DNA from: Chara braunii
Lineage: Eukaryota > Plantae > Charophyceae
Direction of reading: 5' to 3'
Assembly: GCA_003427395.1 (NCBI GenBank)
Contig: BFEA01000009.1
Location: forward strand, 6,996,272 to 7,060,271
DNA length: 64,000 nt
The notes under the pieces are model-generated. The model had not been told where the DNA came from and ran no database searches. It saw only the letters and a program-made list of their open reading frames with translations. Positions 13,197 through 25,100 of the stretch are shown piece after piece (positions within the stretch are counted from its first letter, which is position 1; every line of letters begins with the position of its first letter). The position numbers were made by a program, and so were the translations under genes.

Positions 13197-13480
13197 TAAG
13201 TGTTGTAATCAATTTCATAATTGGAGCCTTGGGCACTGGGCCCTTTCGTTAAAAAAAAAAAAAAAAAAAAAAAAAAGAATGAGTATTATNNNNNNNNNNN
13301 NNNNCCCCCCCCCCCCCCCTCAGAAACCGTTTCCAGGGCAGAGTCCCACTACCTTCTTCACCAGAATACAACATATGGTCATTATTGCTGTATTAAGACA
13401 GAAATATTATACAGCTATAATGACTGTACGTTGTATATTCTGGAGAAGAAGGTAGCAGCAGTACCAACGGGCCTGGCTCA

Positions 13481-13638
13481 GGGCCTTGCCACAAGGCACA
13501 CGAAAAGAGAACGAAACGAGTGCATCTTTTCACCTATGGTGGCAAATACAATGGTTACTGTTTATAGCAAACTGATGAACCTGGCCATTTTCAGGCGAAA
13601 GATACATTCATTTCGTTTTTCGTTTTGGCCGCAGGCCC
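13481..13638. mobile_element. Tourist-like MITE, 158 bp
   Basis: TCA TSD on both sides. GGGCCT...AGGCCC termini. Subterminal inverted similarity (ACGAAACGAGTGCATCTTT / AAAGATACATTCATTTCGT). Confidence 0.7.
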
Positions 13639-14099
13639 TCAGTTGCTTGCTACACCTCTGAACTGCTGAAATGGAGACTCAAGTTGGAACCCATAACCTT
13701 CAGATGAAAAGAACAAGATCATTCCAAACGTCCTTGGGGACATCTGTTATGCAGCGACAATATTGGCCATTAGAGCTGCAGTGACTGGCCATTCCTCGGG
13801 GCTAGTAGCACCGCCGATTTCCCCCATAGGCAATGCCTGCTCACCCCTCATCACCGTGATGAGGGACTGGTACAGCCTTACAGCCTTGCTCTTGCACCAC
13901 TGCTGTGGTGCCAACCTGCCTCGTGGGCTACCGTAGGGAGAGATCCGGGTTGGTGGGTGTTCCCCCCTACTAAAAAAAAAAAAAAAAAAAAGGGTGGGTA
14001 TTCCCCCGTACTATACATAGACTAGCGAGAGGATGAGATAGATCAGTACTGCGCAAGGATAGACTGGCAAGAAGATGAGATAGACGAGAGAAGAATATA

Positions 14100-15330
14100 G
14101 GCACGTGCTGGGAACCGGGCCCAGCGTCCCATATGGAAATTTACATAGAATTTTGAAAGTTTGAGATACCGGGGCCATTACCCGGCTTTGGCTAAGAAAA
14201 ATTTGAGCTACTTAGGAAATTACTACGGCGAAATTCAGAAATAGGCAAAATTCAGACAACGACTCAGAAACCCCCCATCAATCCTCTTTACCTCACTCCG
14301 GCAAGACTTACTGCAGCAGAGCCACCATCTCCGCTGCTGCTGTACCCTATTTCCATCCTACGAGCTAGCCCTCTCACTAGTAGGACGCTTCATATCCCAC
14401 CATCTACTTCTCCCCACTCACCTCTTTTTTTGAGAAACAAAAACATATGCACAATTCAGAAAAAGACTCAGAACCCCCCAAACAATCCCCTGTACCCCAC
14501 TCCGGCGAGACTTACTGCAGCAGAGCCACCATCTCCACTGCTGCTGTACCGTATTCCCATCCTACCAGCTAGCCCCCTCACTCGTAGGGCTCGTAAAATC
14601 CCACCATCTCCTTCTCCCACTCACCTCGATCTCTTTTTTTGAGATACCGGGGCCATTACCCGGCGTCAGCTGAAAAAACGTCTGAGAATACTTGCAGTAA
14701 TTCGGGAAGCATGGGAATAGACCGCAGAGGTCCTACAAATGCTCCAAAACCCTCGAAACCCCTAACAAACCCTTCCAAAGTTCTCCAACAGTCTTACTCC
14801 CTGCCGAGCTCTTCCAGGCCTCACACCCCCACATCCTGCTGGGTTACAGGGCGACACAACTCACCCCAGCTCCGACCAGCGTCGTCCCGGCAGCAACCCT
14901 TGGTTGTCCTGTGGAATGCCCACCCCAAAGCATCCCCAGATCTCTCTACCAGGCCTCACACTCCTGCATCAGCAGGTTACAGGGCAACACCCCAGCACTG
15001 GCCAGTGTCGTTCTGGCATCGAACAGCCGCAGATCACTGAGTATAACAGCATCGAAGCCACCTAAGACGAGTTACTAGAAGTCCCCAGAGTCAAGAGAAT
15101 TTAGAAAAGACTAGAGTACCAACTACTTCGAGTCTTAAATGCGTAGAAGCTTTCAGCCTGAAACCAAAATGCCCTAGTGTGATTGAGCCACCCGCCCTAA
15201 GCCTACCTCAACCCACATGCTCTCGATCCTGCTGGGTTACAGGGCGAAGCGACTCACCCCGGCTCCGACCAACGTCATCTGGATACCAGCTTATCAACAG
15301 ACACTGGAGTGCCTTCCACCCTCGGCAACT
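14100..15330 (-). mobile_element. Family A retroposon copy or copies with internal duplication
   Basis: 14250-14430 and 14450-14640 match 430-590. Three GGTTACAGGGC modules. TGCCTTCCACCCTCG is shared with 855 and 1616. Confidence 0.75.
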
Positions 15331-15615
15331 TTAAAAACAAAATAAAAACAAAAAAATTGGAGGGATACAGAAAGAATTAGCATGGCCACTGCGCAAGGAT
15401 GACACGAATGTGGACGTGTTAATGAAGATGTGCGGTTGCTGCGGGATGTTCTGCACGCTCCACAAACACGCCCACATTCCGGCGTTGAGAAAACTCAACG
15501 CTGCTAGTGGGACGTGGCCCCGAGTTGTCTGTGGAGGATTCCCCTTTTGTGATAACAAAATGTGCCGAGTTGCTTGTGTTCTACTTTTTATTACTTTTAT
15601 TTTTTTCTTCTGTGT

Positions 15616-15618
<3 letters not shown>

Positions 15619-15651
<33 letters not shown>

Positions 15652-17100
15652 TATAAAGCCCAGGTTCTTGTAGAGGTGGGATACTAGACCGATAACAGTT
15701 ACCCACAGCACTCAGTCACTCGGTTGTCCAGCTGAATCCCTCTGAAGACCCCACCCACCCTTCCTCTTATCATTTTGCCTTGGCGCACCCCCACCCCCCC
15801 TATCCTACCCTAGTGTTAACCACCCGGGACCATCACCCATTGCCATATTGGCAGGGTGACCTCAACGGTTGCAGGCACCCGGGCTAGGCAGAGAGACCTA
15901 CCCCCTCTGTTCAACCCTGGTTAAAGCAGACGCCGTGCAAGCTCGATTGCACGGGGACTTCGGGAGCTAGGCATGAACATGCTACTAGAGGTCTTCACGA
16001 GGGTGCACAGTGTTATGTTGTATTACTACTAATGTGTTTTTCTGATGGCAGAGAGTTGGGGATCCTCCGTTCCCTCGTATATCCCTGGAGCCCGTTCCGA
16101 CCCCGCGGTAAGGTGCAGTATCTCCTGACACCCCCGACATCTCGTACTAAGGAACTGCTATGCCAGCCTCAACCCTACGCTACGTACTAGGAGGATAGCC
16201 AACCTTGAGTCATATGTGTATTGCAGTGTTCTATTGTGTTGATGGTAGAGAGCTGGGAATCCTTTGTTCCATCGTATATCCCTGGATCTCGTTTCGGCCC
16301 CGCGGTAAGGTGCAGTATCTCCTGACACCTACTAAGGAACTGCTATGCCAACCTCAAGCCCTAAGCTACGTACTAGGAGGATAGCCAACCCTAGGTCGTG
16401 AATCATGTACTGCATCATGGACTGTGTGTATTGACCCTTGGAGAGTCGTTGATAGTGACGGTAGAGAGTTGGGGATCNTCTGTTCCATCGTATATCCCTG
16501 GAGCCCGTTCCGGCCCCGCGGTAAGGTGCAGTATCTCCTACAACCCCGACATCCCGTACTAAGGAACTGCTATGCCAGCCTCAAGCCCTAAGCTACGTAC
16601 TAGGAGGATAGCCAACCCTAAGTAGTGAATCATGGACTATGTGTATGGACTCTGAAGAATCGTTGATAGAGAGAGTTGGGGATCCTCTATTCCCTCGTAT
16701 ATCCCTAGAGCCCGTTCCGGCCCCGCGGTAAGGTGCAGTATCTCCTGACACCCCCGACATCCCGTACTAAGGAACTGCTATGCCAGCCTCAACCCTTAAG
16801 CCACGTACTAGGAGGATACCCAACCCTAAGTTGTGGATCATGGACTGTATCTATTGACCCTGGAGAACCCTGTGTTGTATGATAAATTGTGAGAGCTAGA
16901 CAATCCGATGTTCCCTCGTATGTCCCTGGAGCCCCTTCCGGCCCCGCGGTAAAGTGCAGTATACACCCCCGACATCTCGTACTCAGGAACTGCGATGCCA
17001 GCCTCAATCCTTGACTACGTACTAGGAGGATGACCAGCCCTGAGTCATAATCTGGTATCGAACACAGGACCTCATGTGACTCGTGCAAATGACCTAACCT
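15619..17100 (-). mobile_element. Family B retroposon: five tandem ~210-bp units, a ~400-bp 3' body and poly(A)
   Basis: Poly(T) at 15619-15646. Unit marker CCCCGCGGTAA(G)GTGCAGTAT at ~16101, 16297, 16513, 16721 and 16942. B-box-like GAGGTCCTGTGTTCGATACC on the minus strand at ~17054-17073. Confidence 0.85.
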
Positions 17101-17361
17101 GTTGACATATACTGTGAAGTAGTTTGAAGTTGTGCTCTGATGGGCTCAAGTAAACCATACTATACAAACCACCCAACAGTCGCGTGACCACCCATAGACC
17201 AAGAACATCAGGATACCCTACCATCACTCAATCCCAACATACAACAACCGTGAGCTACCCCTTGGGTGTTGTGCAAGCAGTGTCTGTAATAGCTAACCCG
17301 CGTCATCCCAAGGGGGTGTTTGTCCAGCTGTGCGTCAATCTAACGCCATACCGGTGTCCAT

Positions 17362-18029
17362 GCGCAAGGCTGAGGATTTGAACCCGCAACCTCATACCAC
17401 AATGCGCATTTCCAACCGGTGCTCTAACCACTGAGCTTGTTGGCTATCCTCCTAATACGTAGCGTAGGGTTGAGGCTGGCATAGCAATTCCTTAGTACGG
17501 GATGTCCGGGGTATCAGGAGATACTGCACCTTACCGCGGGGCCGGAACGAGCTCCAGGGATATACAAGGGAACGAAGGATCCCCAACTCTCTGCCATCAG
17601 AAAAAAACACAATAGTAGTAATACAACGTAACACTGTGCACCCTCATGAAGACCTGTAGTAGCATGTTCATGCCTAGCTCCTGAAGCCCCCGTGCAATCG
17701 GGCTTGCACGACGTTTGCTTCAACCAGAGCTGAGCAAGGGGGTAGGTCTCTCTGCCTAGCCCAGGTGCCTGCAACCGTTGTCTGGTCAGGTCACCCTGCC
17801 AATATGGCAATGGGCGATGGTCCCGGGTGGTTAACACTAGGGTAGGACGGGGGGGATGGGGGTGTGCCAAGGCAAAATGATAAGAGGAAGGGTGGGTGGG
17901 GTCTTCAGAGGGATTCAGCAGGATAACCGAGTGACCGAGTGTTGTGGGTAACTGTCATTGGTCTAGTATCCCACCTCTACAACAACTTGGGTTTTATTCT
18001 ATTTGGAAGAAGCCCATAGCTACCCATCG
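17362..18029 (-). other. tRNA-derived SINE head (A and B boxes) split by an insertion
   Basis: After removing 17438-18017 the minus strand reads GATGGGTAGCTCAGTGGTTAGAGCACC...GAGGTTGCGGGTTCAAATCC. There is no convincing acceptor or anticodon stem, so it is not called a functional tRNA. Confidence 0.7.
17438..18017 (+). mobile_element. Family B copy (one unit plus 3' body), inverted relative to 15650-16203
   Basis: Reverse complement of 15650-16203 with scattered mismatches. Flanked by AGCT at 17434-17437 and 18018-18021. Confidence 0.85.
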
Positions 18030-18562
18030 TTACGGTCATGATCGCTGTATGTTTTATACAATTCTTTTTTTTAATGGCATCACATGGTTTATTACGCAAA
18101 AAACATTGGGGAGGTCGGGGTCCTCACAATTCTACCCGGAATCATGACACAAGTTCGAAGCCCGACCAACCTGGCTACCCAAAGACATCTAACCACCAAA
18201 ACAACAACCCAGACCAACCTGGGAAAGACAAACGAAAAATGAAAGGCCAAACCAACCTGGCCGAAAGCGAGCTCAGAACACACTGTGAATGAACATTAGA
18301 ACACCGGCCCCGTTCAACCCTACAGCGGATCTCAGGGCCTATAGCTACCTCTATCAAGGCATTTATGAGCCACCGAGTGACCAAGTTGGTTCCGCCTTGA
18401 AATCTAAAGCCCTCGGCATGATCAGCTACTCTAACTAACAGTAATAGTAACCCAGAGCTACCCGCCAATTACATTAAGATCCCACAGTGCGATGCCTTAG
18501 GTGTCCGTGTCTAGTGATCGCCTTTTATTCTATGTTAATCTTTATCCTCTCTACTACTGTTC

Positions 18563-19441
18563 CTAACCTGATTTGAGCCAAGGGGATAACACAAGTTTTC
18601 CAGTGAACGTTGAGAGTCTTGAGACTGCTGCCAGTCGATTCTTCTTAGCCCATGTGCGCAAGAACCACAACTTTGCTTTAGACCGTTCTGGGTCGGGTTT
18701 GGACAGGACTTTCCTCCTCCAATCCACTACTACCATATGCCTGATTGTGGCTTTCTTTGCAGCTTTTAGTGTTGCATCTGAAAGGTATCTTTTTTCAAAC
18801 AGCACTGAGTTCCTCTTTTTCCATATCCACCCAATTGCCACCGCCTGAATTGTCACTGCTACATAGCCCCAACCTTTCCCGTTGGACAGTGAGGATAGTA
18901 GTTTGCCCACTTCTTCAGGACCACCCCGAGCTTTCCAGTGGTGGGCCCACCACCTCCAAATGCGGAAAGATAGGGGACAAGAGCCCCAGATGCAAGGAGT
19001 CTTCCGGTACTTGGTGGCATCTTACGCAACGTACATCCACCTCCATACTTCTGGTAAACAGAGAGACGACGCCCAACGGGGCCGAGTGGGTTATAAGCCA
19101 TAGCACCGATAAACACTTCTTGTTTGGTAGCCTCGTACAGATCTTTCACATTCCTTTGTAGTATTCCACTGAGAGTTCCGAACCCGTGCTAGCATGAGGG
19201 TGTGCCTCCTGTATTTTGACTGTTGAACTCCCTTGCAGTCTTGGTAGGGTCATTCCTAGTCCCGAGTTGTACTGGTGCAATTCCAGTTTGCCTCTCTTCT
19301 TTGGCCAACCATACAGTTCACGATTGATCTTCATGTAGCGAATCGGGGTGCCATTCATGAACAACACAGGTTGAACTGCTCCCCCTACTGAAAACTGCAT
19401 AACAACTCTCACTTCCTCCATCAGGTAAGGGTTGCCCGACT
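18563..19441 (-). pseudogene. LINE ORF2 C-terminus (zf-RVT-like)
   Basis: RCVRCHQVPEDSLHL and IGWIWKKRNSVLFE. Homologous to 58.8-59.36 kb. Confidence 0.85.
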
Positions 19442-19556
19442 TGTGACGCCCAACCTCACGCCCAGTGCAACTTCCTGATCGGAGTGGGATGGGGACCCAG
19501 AGGTGCGAAAAGGGTGTGTGCCAAGGATTCTAGGAAAGTGGGGGTGGAGTCCCAGG

Positions 19557-20222
19557 TCAGAACTGAGATCTCCTGTGGCAAGGTTTAGGGGCAGTTATGC
19601 AAGATGGTAGGCACAAGGCGCGTCTGGCTTTTACGTCGTGGAAAATGGAGTTACCATCTTCGCTGGCTTCGTTGCGGATTCGAATTTGGTGGACCGGCGG
19701 GACGCTATGGTTGTCGCGCTGTCTGGACAGTTGCTGATGTCGCTCGTAGCAAGCATCGGAATCCGACAAGGCTGGCCTCAGACGGAGGCTGTGCGCGCGC
19801 CGCTCGACTTCGGTTTGGGTTCGTCGGATAAATTCCGAGGCTCGATACGAGCGGTCTCGCTGGCATTCCATGCACGACGTGCGGGGCCAATAGCGAGTTA
19901 TGGAATTCCATGGTACTACTGTGAGCTGGTGATACAGAAGGAGACGATAAAATGGACGAAAATCGGTATTGATAGCGACGAAACCCGAAGATATATAATA
20001 TTGGGTATTACTGGTGTTGGGATAGTCCGGGATCCTAGGATTCCTGCCTATAGCCCACTGAAAGTCCTCCTCATACAGTCGATCGTTTTTAGTTCGACGA
20101 GGATATTCAGGATATCTCAGGTTCTCTCGCCGTCTAAGTTGTTCCCTCTCCTAGTATTCACGGTATTCCAGGTCCCTTAAGCTCTCACGATCGGTGACCC
20201 AGAAGGGCGCTTCTGTAGCCAT
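19557..20222 (-). pseudogene. Orphan ORF of ~221 codons with one internal TAG, unknown product
   Basis: ATG at 20222 (MATEAPFWVTDRESLRDLEYREY*ERE..) is in frame with the listed 19557..19871 ORF. Confidence 0.45.
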
Positions 20223-20887
20223 CTCCTATTTGGCGGATACACATTTCTTATGGTGAAGCAAGGCCGAGGTCAACTCATGCAGACACGCGCGTATGTCGCA
20301 ACTCCACTTTTTGGATCGGTGTCATACATGAGCTCGCGCATGAGCGGGAATGGCTCGGACCTTGGCCTTCCGCATCGGCGGGTCCGTGGTGAGCGGTCTT
20401 GTTGGCGTATCGATCCTATCCCGCATGCATGCAACTACCCTTCTTTGCAAACATTATCCAACCATTACACGCATATCCATGCCATTGGTAACGGAAGAAA
20501 GAAAAGGTAGCAACCGCTTCGGCGTCGAGGACCAACACATCACAACATTCTCGGGGTCACACAAGAATTTAAGGCTGGCAATCGAACAAAAACATGCACG
20601 ATGAACATATCCAACCAGATCCGGAGTTATCGCGTAGCGCAGCTGGACACTAGAAAGTGATGAAATTTGGATTAAGCTAGCACCACTGAGCAAAACAAAA
20701 TGGGAGACCCAAGAGACCACTTAAGAAGGGGTGGGAGAAGGGCGCAAGTTCATTCAACAACACACAAGAAACGGAAGATCCACGACGATTCACTAGGACA
20801 TCCGAAATTGTCGCAACAAAATTGGCCAATGTTGGAATCAAAAATTATATAGAAGGTTGGATTAAAGACACCATCCTATGCACATCT

Positions 20888-20889
<2 letters not shown>

Positions 20890-20951
<62 letters not shown>

Positions 20952-20986
20952 TCTTTTTATTTCACATACAACTCCATCCACCCATA

Positions 20987-21079
<93 letters not shown>
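20890..21079. repeat. Two (CT)n microsatellites
   Basis: Direct reading. Confidence 0.95.
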
Positions 21080-21081
<2 letters not shown>

Positions 21082-22104
21082 CACCACTCCCGATGCGGGC
21101 AGTCCGTCGCCTCGCATCAACACAGAGTTGTCACCCCGCTTGGTCCGAATATGCAAGCCAAGTTCGCTCGTGCACTAGAGTCCGTCGCGGCCCATACGTC
21201 AACCCCACATACTCAGCACCAGCTCGTCGGATCGCCCAACTCTCTCGTCTACTCACCTTCCAAGCTTACTCGTTAGCCGATCCTCACTGACCGGTCTAAC
21301 TTCCAAATTCATAGAGAGACAATTAATCGTGCTTCCGAAATTTATAACATGCATGCTTGCGCGAGAAAACCGGGATTATGGCTAAGTGAGAGGAGGGGGA
21401 AGAGAAGGAAATGCCTACGTTTGTATGGCCAGGCCGCGATGTGGGGGACGGAACCACTCTCCACGTGTCGATTCAGTCATGCAACGTGGGGACCAATCAG
21501 AGCAGATAAAGGGATGTGCATACACATGCGGGGGTGAGGCGGGAAGGAAAAAACACGAAGGACATCAAGAACGGGAAGATTGTAGTTGCAACTGTGCCCA
21601 CCAAAAATTACAATTACACGCAAGATTAAGGCGCATATCATAGCCCCGATCTTGCCAAGGCACGGTGCGCGTGAGCAGGATGCGTCGTGCAACCAGATTG
21701 TCAGGTACCTAAATTCCTAGTTTAAATCTTAATTGCAAAAAGAAATTGCGAAAGAAAAACAATTTCGAGAGCCCGCGGGGGCTCGACAATAGTTCAAAGA
21801 TTCAAAAACGGTATTCGCTCGCAACGGTCGCGCCAAAATTCCCAGTGTCGACAGCAGAGCAAGAAAGAAGTTATGGCAACAGTTATTTCTTGCGCTCGCT
21901 AAGGCACGGTCGCCTAACTGTCTACGCGGGACCTTTCTCGGTACTGGCCCAAAAATCCAAAAGAAAAACGAACAAAAAGCAAGGGCGTCCATGCAACCCA
22001 CCTGGCCGACCCATTCCTACGTACTTCACCCGACGAACCCATCCGAACCCTTGAAGCAGCTTCGCGCAGAAAGTCGCACGACGTTACAGAAATAGTTCGT
22101 CACA

Positions 22105-25100
22105 GACTCCCCTTCCTCCTTGAAGGTCAGTATGTTGCCCAGAAGCCCGTCATTGGTCTGTCTTTCCCAGACTTCCACTTTATCCTTTGTTTTTTTTTTG
22201 TTTTTTTTTTTTGAAAAACGGGTCAGTGCCCAAAGCTGATATTACCAATAAGAAGATTGAGGCCGGGGTCCTCAAAGTCTACCTGGAGTGATCGAACAAA
22301 ACATGCTGAGAACTGGGCTCAGCTTCCCTCATATGATGATGATGACAATGATGATGATGATGATGATGATGATGATGGTGATGAATTTATGTGTAAACTG
22401 TGAGATAATCATATTAATGATGATGATGCTAAAAATGATGATGATTAGACTATGTTATATCAGCAATTTTGGTCTCCTAATCCTGTAACAACTCCTAACC
22501 CTCCCTATACCAGGACATTACATCTCAGAGACAATGCCATCCTAACCAACGTTGACCATAGCTGACCTGTTCTCGCCACCTAGACTATCCCTGGACCCAT
22601 AGGTTATCAAGGCAGCCCCCCCGGTTCGCCACTGGATTGCCTTCCTCCCTCAGCAAATCCCCAAATCTCTCTACAAGGCCTCACACTCCTCCCATTTGCA
22701 GGTTACAGGGCAACGCCCCAGCTCCGGCCAGCGTCGTTCAGGCATCGACAAACCAGGGGCACCGAACAAAGCAACTCTGCAGATATCAGTCTAGATTCGA
22801 TCATCTCTAAAATCCTATATCCCACTTCCACTTTATCGTGGGTGACTTGCTTCAAAATTTGTAGGTCCCTGCCAACACGGAGGACGAGGCGATACCATAA
22901 GCCTGCTGGAGATGGTTCTTCTAAGAGTTGTTCTATTCGTAAGGGATGGCTTGAATCAGTTCGTCCCGCCTTGATTTGATGTGTCACAGTCTCCCTAGGT
23001 TCCTTCTAAGATCCGGAATACTCTTCCACCTTTTCAGAAGTCCATCCCACAGGTCCTCAATCCGAAGCATCCCTCTCTCTACCCACGTTCTCCCAAAGCT
23101 CCCTCGTCCTGCGACCATGAAGACCGACCCGTCCACCTTCTTTGTCCATTGATTCTCAAACAGAGGTTGCCGCAGTACCTCGTCCCGTGTTTGAGGGTCT
23201 TCCAAGCTTGGATTACTCCTTGCCATAAGGGGGATTTCAACCTCCTCCGCTGATATGACAGAGCCATCATTACAACCCATGCATCCTCCCCTTTGCAGAA
23301 GCCTCAGTCTTTAGCCAAAATGTATTTTGCCAAGGCGACCCAACTGTGGTCTTCTGTGTTGAGGACAACTCTTATGGGTCATTTGCCAATGAGCGCTTTG
23401 TTTTGGCGGACTGGGTCGAGCACGGTGAGGTCTCCTTCTTCCTTAGTTGCAGTGAGCTTCTCCCATGACAATTTGGATATGTGGCCCTTGTTTTCATCAG
23501 CCTCTGGTTGCCAAATATATCTGGAGACCAGTGTCCTGATGTTCTGCGCTGGCTTTTTCCCAAGGGGCCTGACGGCTCCTGTGTACCAGAGTTGAGAGAA
23601 TACCGCCATGTTCACTATCAGAGCTCTGCCGAATAACGATAGACCGTAGACGGTCTTCCACTTTTGCAACCGCTGTTCCACCCTCCCAACCAGGATCCTG
23701 TCCTACGTCTCAACACAGTTCTGCAAGGATACTTATACACCCAAAAACCTTTCAGAAGAGTCGATGATTTTTTTTTTTATCCCTAAATCCAGACAGATCT
23801 CAAACTGCTCAGGCAAGAAAAACACCGATTTTGACCAGTTGACTTGAGTCTCACTGAGTGCACACTATTCTATTCGCGTCTCTTTAACCGCTCTGAGTGA
23901 GTTTGCAGTATTTTTGGACACGATTGTGAGGTCATCTGCTAACACGTTTCCTTTGAACTGCAGATGACCAAGAGTCCGCAGGCCAACTATGTAGGAGTTG
24001 CACCTTTCATTATTAGGAAACACATTCATCTGCATAATAAAAAGCAGTGGCGCCAAAGGACATCCTTGACGTGATGATCTGGTCAATGGAAAGGAGGTGA
24101 AATTATACCGTTAATCATAATGGATGCAGTTGCGTGGAAGTACATGACCTTTACCCATTCACAGAAGTTCGGTCCAATGCCCATGTGTCGCAGGGTTAAT
24201 AGGACAAATAGCCAACTAACCCTGTCATAGGCTTTCTCCAGGTCAAGGAGAAAAATTGTCTTATGTAGTTGTTCTTCTGTAATTATCTCCATTGACTCTA
24301 CCACGGTGACTATGTTATCCAGAATTGATCTTCCTTTTACAAATGCGCCCTGATTTGCCCCCACCAAAATCGGTAGATACTCCGCTGATCTGATAGCTGG
24401 AGATTTCGTCAGTAGCTTATACACGGTATTTAGCAAGGATATCGGGCGTCAGTTTCGGATATTGCTCTTTTCGTCTCTCTTGTACAGCAGTGCTATGATC
24501 CCTTTGGTCATACTAGATGAAAGTTTTGTTCCGATTATTGCCTCATTATAAATATGAACTAGGTCTTCACTTAATAGAGACCAAAATTTTAGAAAAAAAA
24601 TCGATAGGAAGCCCATCCTCCCCCGGGACTTTTCCTTTCGCCATTTGGTTGGCAGCATGTGCTAGTTCTTCCTTGGTGATTGGTGTGTTTAGAGCCAGTC
24701 TACCTTCCCCTGTGATTCGAGTTGTTGTATGTTCCCAGAATGTCGATATCATGGTTAGGTCTGAGTATACTTCCTCTGGTGGTTTTCGTGATGGTAAGAT
24801 ATCTCGAAAGTATGTGATAGCATAATCACACATCCCCATTGTCTCTGAAGTCTTACGAAGGTTCGGATCAAAAGATGAGCAAGTTCCTTCATTATTCGGT
24901 ATTGCGTGGTCTGTCTGTTTATCAGGGCGAAGGTTTCTTTTGTCATGCAGTCTAAGTTTCTTTATCTCTAATACCTTACAACGATCCTGTCAAACTTTAT
25001 GTTTCGTTATCTGTATTTCTTCTCATTTGAGCAACCATCGAATTGTATCTCTGGACCAATACACATCTGAGACCAAGTGTTCCCCAATTCTGCTTCTACC

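Larger units (their letters stand above)
19442..22104. mobile_element. 2663-bp insertion with TGTGACG...CGTCACA ends (solo LTR or Ginger-like non-autonomous element)
   Basis: 7-bp terminal inverted repeat. 4-bp TSD GACT at 19438-19441 and 22105-22108. The empty site is in frame in the LINE. Confidence 0.85.

Noticed and set aside
16050-17045. rRNA or snRNA origin of family B units (CCGCGGTAA as in SSU rRNA, GTACTAGGA as in 5S)
   Set aside because: Matches are about 9 nt with no flanking similarity.
17362-17437. Functional tRNA gene
   Set aside because: A and B boxes are present, but the acceptor and anticodon stems do not pair and the 5' end is displaced by an insertion.
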